Of a stretch of 63,824 bases of DNA, positions 59,745 through 63,824 are shown piece by piece (the first letter of the stretch is position 1; the number at the start of each line of letters is the position of its first letter). Source of the stretch: a virus (lineage: Duplodnaviria > Caudoviricetes); the IMG/VR virus record IMGVR_UViG_3300036818_000131, positions 1 to 63,824 of that record; one strand, 5' to 3'. The translations under genes and the position numbers were made by a program. The notes under the pieces are model-generated. The model did not search any database. It was given only the letters and a program-made list of their open reading frames with translations, and had not been told where the DNA came from.

Positions 59745-61691
59745 CTAGAGTTTCTCCCAGCCCTCCAATCGCATCTCGCGCGCCAGCTGGCGCGCCACGT
59801 CCTCAGCGCGCGCGGCAAAGAAGGGCTCGAGCTTCCGCTGCAACCGGGTCCGGCTCTGCTCCAGCAATGCCGTGTTGCGCCGCGACACCCGCGTCGTCTT
59901 GGCAAAAGGGCTGTCGGCGGTTTTGCCTACCTCGCCCTTGGGTTTACCACCTGGTCCAGTCGACTCGCCCTTTGGTGGTTTGCCGCCCTCGGCATCGGCC
60001 GCAGGCGTCCTCTTGCCGGGCGGTGAATTTTTCCCAGGCTTGCCGGGTTTGCCAGGTTTCCCGCCGGCTTCCGCGGGAGGATTCTTCCCCTTGGAGCCCG
60101 GCGCCTCGCCTGGCGCCGCCTCGCCTGGCACCACCATCGGCGGCGGCTCGGGCGGGTTGAGCACCGAGTCCAATGTCACCGGTCCCGTGGCGGTCTTGAA
60201 CAGGATCTCGTCGCCGCCTTCGACCGGCTCGAGCCCCAATTGGTCGCGCCCCTCGTTCACCGTCATCAGGCCATTGCCCGTCAGATTGACCAGCATGTCG
60301 GCCTGGTCTGTCGGGTCGATCGGCTTCTGGTCGGACCAGGCGAATTCGAGGTCCGGATGGCCCTGCATGCGAATGATGCCGTCGATCAACCGCTTCACGT
60401 ACCCCATCAGCGGCGCCAAACCCTCTTCGAGGGCGGCTTCCTGCGCCGTCTCGGCGGTGGCGCGGTTGACCTGGCGGGTGAACGCGGTCGGCGGCAACGA
60501 GAACGCAAAGCAGATGACGCGGGCGCGCCATTCGTCGAAATCGTCCTTGACCGGCGGCTGTTTGATCGCCTGATACTTGGCGCCTTCCGGGCCCCACAGC
60601 AGCTTGGTGCGCTCGGCGGTGTTGCCGGCGTATTTGCTGTCGAAAAACTCCTGGAACCCCGCGATCTGCTCCGGCGTCCAGCCCGCCGGCGAATTGACCA
60701 TCCCGGCTGGAACATTGCCCTCCGTGAAATGCTGCAATTGCATCACGCCGCGCCGGATCGAGGTGTTGATCGTCAGCACGATCTGCTCGACCGGGCTGAA
60801 GCCATAAAGGTGGTCGGCGCGCGGGTTGCGCGGGAAGTAGATCAATTCCTGGTCGGTGAACTCATTATAGATCTCCCCCTCGTCGACATTCGAGCGCCCG
60901 CCGTCCGCGAGCATGACCCACGGGCGGCCATGGACGATCTGCTGAAACGCCGGTGCGGGCGGCTGCGGCCGCCGTCCGGTGTCGTCGATCAGCACCTTGA
61001 TCGTCGAGCCATCGATGACGTCGAAGCCGATGACATCGCCGCCGCGATTGCGCCGCGGTTCCAGCGCCGGGCAATCGGCGACGAGGATCTGGTCCATCAA
61101 TGTCCGCAGCCAGGTCGCGAAGGGCACCCGCCGGTCGGGGTATTGCCAGAATTCGGTCAGCTGCTGGATCCGCGCCGGGGCGTTGCGCGCGGGGTCCTTT
61201 TCGTTGCGCGGTTTGATCGTCCAAGTGAGCTTTTCGACTTGGTCCTTGCGCGTCTCGATGCACAGCCGCGTAATGTCGTCGCGCGCCAGCGCCTTCAGCT
61301 CGGGAAACCCGATCGTCTCGAATGAACGCGGTGTGTAGATGTAATTGACGCCGACCGGGAAGTTGAAGATGCGCAAGCGCTCGCGCTCGACCGGCACGAG
61401 CGGATAGCCTGGCGCAAAGAGCCCGCCCGACGGCTGGAAGACCGGGGCAAATTGCGTGATGTCGGCCGGCGACCGCGGGGTGTTGCCGCCACCATTGGGG
61501 CCGCCGCCGTTCTGCCCCCAGCTGTGGGAGTAGATCGGCGCGCCCCCTGTTCTAGCCAGGGGCAGGCTTTTGCCCTGAAATGGCGCCGGTGCGCCGCCAT
61601 TTGAGCCATTTGGGCCGGACTCCCGGCGAAACGGCGCCGTTAGCGCATTGATCATCCCGACCAGCGAGGTCTGCACGCCGCCGCGCGGCAT
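59745..61691 (-). CDS. Portal protein
   Basis: Follows terL; IETRKDQ, DGSTIK, YGFSPVE, F.EGNVP, T.NE.R..LGL.P..GGD. Confidence 0.93.
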   Translation of the reverse strand: MPRGGVQTSLVGMINALTAPFRRESGPNGSNGGAPAPFQGKSLPLARTGGAPIYSHSWGQNGGGPNGGGNTPRSPADITQFAPVFQPSGGLFAPGYPLVPVERERLRIFNFPVGVNYIYTPRSFETIGFPELKALARDDITRLCIETRKDQVEKLTWTIKPRNEKDPARNAPARIQQLTEFWQYPDRRVPFATWLRTLMDQILVADCPALEPRRNRGGDVIGFDVIDGSTIKVLIDDTGRRPQPPAPAFQQIVHGRPWVMLADGGRSNVDEGEIYNEFTDQELIYFPRNPRADHLYGFSPVEQIVLTINTSIRRGVMQLQHFTEGNVPAGMVNSPAGWTPEQIAGFQEFFDSKYAGNTAERTKLLWGPEGAKYQAIKQPPVKDDFDEWRARVICFAFSLPPTAFTRQVNRATAETAQEAALEEGLAPLMGYVKRLIDGIIRMQGHPDLEFAWSDQKPIDPTDQADMLVNLTGNGLMTVNEGRDQLGLEPVEGGDEILFKTATGPVTLDSVLNPPEPPPMVVPGEAAPGEAPGSKGKNPPAEAGGKPGKPGKPGKNSPPGKRTPAADAEGGKPPKGESTGPGGKPKGEVGKTADSPFAKTTRVSRRNTALLEQSRTRLQRKLEPFFAARAEDVARQLAREMRLEGWEKL

Positions 61692-61692
61692 C

Positions 61693-63186
61693 TCAGCTCT
61701 CGGCCCCTTCCGTGCCGCCAGGCGCGGCGCCTGGGGCGGGCTTCGGCGATTGGCGTTTTTTCATCATCTCAAACCACTCCACCGATCCTGGCTGCGGCGG
61801 CGAGGGCGGCTTCTTGTCGCGCTCGGCTTTCGCGGCGATTTTTGCGGCGTGCTCGCGCCGGTACAGTTCGTAGAGCCCCTCGCTCGCCATCGGCTCGACG
61901 AGCAGGTCGGTGAACGCCCACACCAACGCGTCGACGCGGTCGGGTGAATAGCCGGCCTTGGCGCGATCGAAATCCGTCGTAAACGCGCACATCTGGTCTT
62001 CCAATGTCGCGAACGAGCCGATGTGGTAGACGCGGCCGGGCTTCTGCTCGTAGAGCGCTGCCACCGGCTCGGCGCGGATCACCTTGCCGCGCGTGGCGCG
62101 CACTGGCGTATAGGCGACACTGCGGTCGATCATGCGCAATGTGTTCTCGACCATCTCGCCGCCGTTATTGACCTCGGCGACGACGCGGTCGGCTTTGTGC
62201 TCGCGGTAGAGCGCGATCGCCCTGTTGGCCCATTCGGTTGGCGTGTAGCGGCCGGAATGGTCACCCAATACATAACCGCAGCCATTGGCATCTTTGCCGG
62301 CGAGGATGATGCCGGTCTCGTCGGCGTCCTCACCGCTCGACGCGGCGGGGTCGATCGCGACGACGATGCGAACGAGCTCGGGCGCTGGTTTGTAATGCGG
62401 CCAGCGCAGTTCCTCGAGGCGCTGGCGGTTCCACAATGCGCCCGGGACATCGTCGAGGATCTCGGCGTTGAGCTCCTGGCGGCCGAGGCGCGTGCCTTCG
62501 TATTTCTTGACGATCTGGGCGAGAAAAGCCGGCGCCAGATTGGCCCTATTGTCGTAAGTCGAGCCGCGCGTGATCTCGGTCGTCGAATCGGCGACCAATT
62601 CGCGAATGATCCGGTTGGGCTTTGGCGTCGTGGTCACGACGACGCGCGGATCCTCGCCGAGGCGCAGCCCGAACATCAGCATGTCCCAGGCTTCAGGATA
62701 GCGCCAGGTGGCGAGCTCGTCGCACCACGCGAGATCGTGCTGCGGTCCGCGCAGCCGCTCCGGTTCGTCGGCACTATAGGTCGTGGCGATTGCGCCATTC
62801 GGCCACGTCAAACGCCGCTTCGAGGGTTCATAACGCGGCCGCTCGCGCTCGATCCCGATGGCGAGCAGACCACTTTCGCCCTCGACCATGACGTCGCGGG
62901 CGTCAGCTGCCGTCGGTGCGACCAGCGCGATGCGGCGGCGCTCGTGCTTAATGACCTGGTCGTGGACATATTCGGCGCCGGTGCGGGTCTTGCCAAAGCC
63001 ACGGCCGGCGAGCAATAGCCAGGTGCGCCACTCGCCGGGCGGCGGCTTCTGCTCTTCCCGCGCCCAATATTTCCACCTGTGCTGCAGCAGTTCGCGTTGC
63101 GTGTCACTCAGACTCCGGAGGAATTTTCTCCGTTGTGCTGCCGGTAAGAGTGCGAGTGATCTTACGATCGAGATCGGCTTCGACAT
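61693..63186 (-). CDS. terL: Terminase large subunit
   Basis: AGRGFGKT (Walker A), LRGPQ, WCDE (Walker B), TTTP, VAIDP, AE.NNGG, SPDR.DA. Confidence 0.97.
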   Translation of the reverse strand: MSKPISIVRSLALLPAAQRRKFLRSLSDTQRELLQHRWKYWAREEQKPPPGEWRTWLLLAGRGFGKTRTGAEYVHDQVIKHERRRIALVAPTAADARDVMVEGESGLLAIGIERERPRYEPSKRRLTWPNGAIATTYSADEPERLRGPQHDLAWCDELATWRYPEAWDMLMFGLRLGEDPRVVVTTTPKPNRIIRELVADSTTEITRGSTYDNRANLAPAFLAQIVKKYEGTRLGRQELNAEILDDVPGALWNRQRLEELRWPHYKPAPELVRIVVAIDPAASSGEDADETGIILAGKDANGCGYVLGDHSGRYTPTEWANRAIALYREHKADRVVAEVNNGGEMVENTLRMIDRSVAYTPVRATRGKVIRAEPVAALYEQKPGRVYHIGSFATLEDQMCAFTTDFDRAKAGYSPDRVDALVWAFTDLLVEPMASEGLYELYRREHAAKIAAKAERDKKPPSPPQPGSVEWFEMMKKRQSPKPAPGAAPGGTEGAES

Positions 63187-63556
63187 TTTTCAGTTCAATC
63201 GGATCGCCGCCTGCCACGCCGGTGTGTTTGTGGATGCTGGTCTCGTACCAGCCGCCCCTGGTTTTCAGCCAAAAAATCGCGCCGGTCATGCGCGCCCTAT
63301 CGTCGGTGATCGGCCACGCAACCGGCGCTCCGTCATCGTCTTCGGTGTAGCCCACGATCGCAGTGAAGAGAAACGTGGCGACCTTGTTATTGGCCTCGGT
63401 TGCGCCGGTGTCGAGCTCGACCGCGCAATGCTTGCGCAACGTCGTTTTCGAGATCCCCATGACCATTGCAATCTCGGTCTGCGGGATGCCGTTGCCGGCC
63501 ATTGTGCGCGCCTGCCTTCTGGCGCTTTCGGTTGGTTCCCAGCGCGGTCGTGCCAT
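63104..63556 (-). CDS. terS: Terminase small subunit
   Basis: HTH (GIPQ.EIA..GIS..TL.KH), AIFWLKTR.GW; overlaps the terL start. Confidence 0.85.
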   Translation of the reverse strand: MARPRWEPTESARRQARTMAGNGIPQTEIAMVMGISKTTLRKHCAVELDTGATEANNKVATFLFTAIVGYTEDDDGAPVAWPITDDRARMTGAIFWLKTRGGWYETSIHKHTGVAGGDPIELKNVEADLDRKITRTLTGSTTEKIPPESE

Positions 63557-63592
63557 TGGCCAAATTTCTGTAGTTAACGCGTGTCATTGTCG

Positions 63593-63621
63593 TTGCGACG
63601 GTGCACCCGGTGCACTATATT
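63593..63621 (+). promoter_or_regulatory. Sigma70-type promoter with the same palindromic operator as 58063
   Basis: TTGCGA-17 bp-TATATT with GTGCAC-CCG-GTGCAC in the spacer. Confidence 0.75.
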
Positions 63622-63662
63622 CGCAGTGTCACAGAGGCAGTGTCACAGAGAAAGAGCAGCAC

Positions 63663-63824
63663 ATGAATTTGCAACGTCTAATGAGCTACGCCGGGGCACT
63701 GACCGCCGCCATTCGGCGGGAGGGCGCGATCCTCGACATTGACGGGCTGCGCTTCGAGCGGCGCGCCGACATCGTCGTGCCCACCGATTACGTCAGCCCA
63801 ATGGCGCAAGGCGGCGGGCGGCAC
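63663..63824 (+). CDS. Hypothetical protein (partial, runs off the window)
   Basis: ATG downstream of the promoter; reading frame open to the end of the window. Confidence 0.5.
   Translation, partial: MNLQRLMSYAGALTAAIRREGAILDIDGLRFERRADIVVPTDYVSPMAQGGGRH

Noticed and set aside
61693-63186. Intein or intron in terminase, portal or capsid
   Set aside because: Lengths and motif spacing are normal; no splicing motifs or interrupted frames seen.
1-63824. tRNA/rRNA, integrase/att sites, IS transposases, stop-codon reassignment
   Set aside because: None recognisable by eye. Genes are intact under the standard code with TAA, TAG and TGA all used as stops. A tRNAscan/Rfam run would be needed to exclude small RNAs.

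Overview
About 64 kb of a GC-rich tailed phage or prophage (siphovirus type). The RcGTA-like DUF2460/DUF2163/NlpC-P60 tail module and head-spike base suggest an alphaproteobacterial host. Almost the whole window is one minus-strand morphogenesis region: terS, terL, portal, MuF, head-spike genes, prohead protease, major capsid, adaptor/neck/terminator, tail tube, frameshifted tail chaperone, a 3251-aa tape measure protein, Dit, hub, NlpC/P60, a split tail-tip protein and many Ser/Thr-rich virion proteins. Several plus-strand accessory cassettes interrupt it. The main unusual features are: (1) a tape measure protein whose C-terminal two-thirds is a chain of cargo domains (lysozyme, GNAT, ParB-like, unknown) separated by about 8 copies of the AxGG...HxGE motif; (2) a dispersed glycan toolkit (Glf, DUF4422/GT111, two TPR-GT9, GT4, DUF5672, methyltransferase, StrG-like); (3) a ~23-bp palindromic element inside at least six genes, in different frames and orientations; (4) a shared promoter/operator for antisense cassettes; (5) secreted stand-alone copies of the tail-tip cadherin-like domain. 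I found no integrase, lysis cassette, replication genes, tRNA or CRISPR. All family assignments are by eye from motifs; no searches were run.
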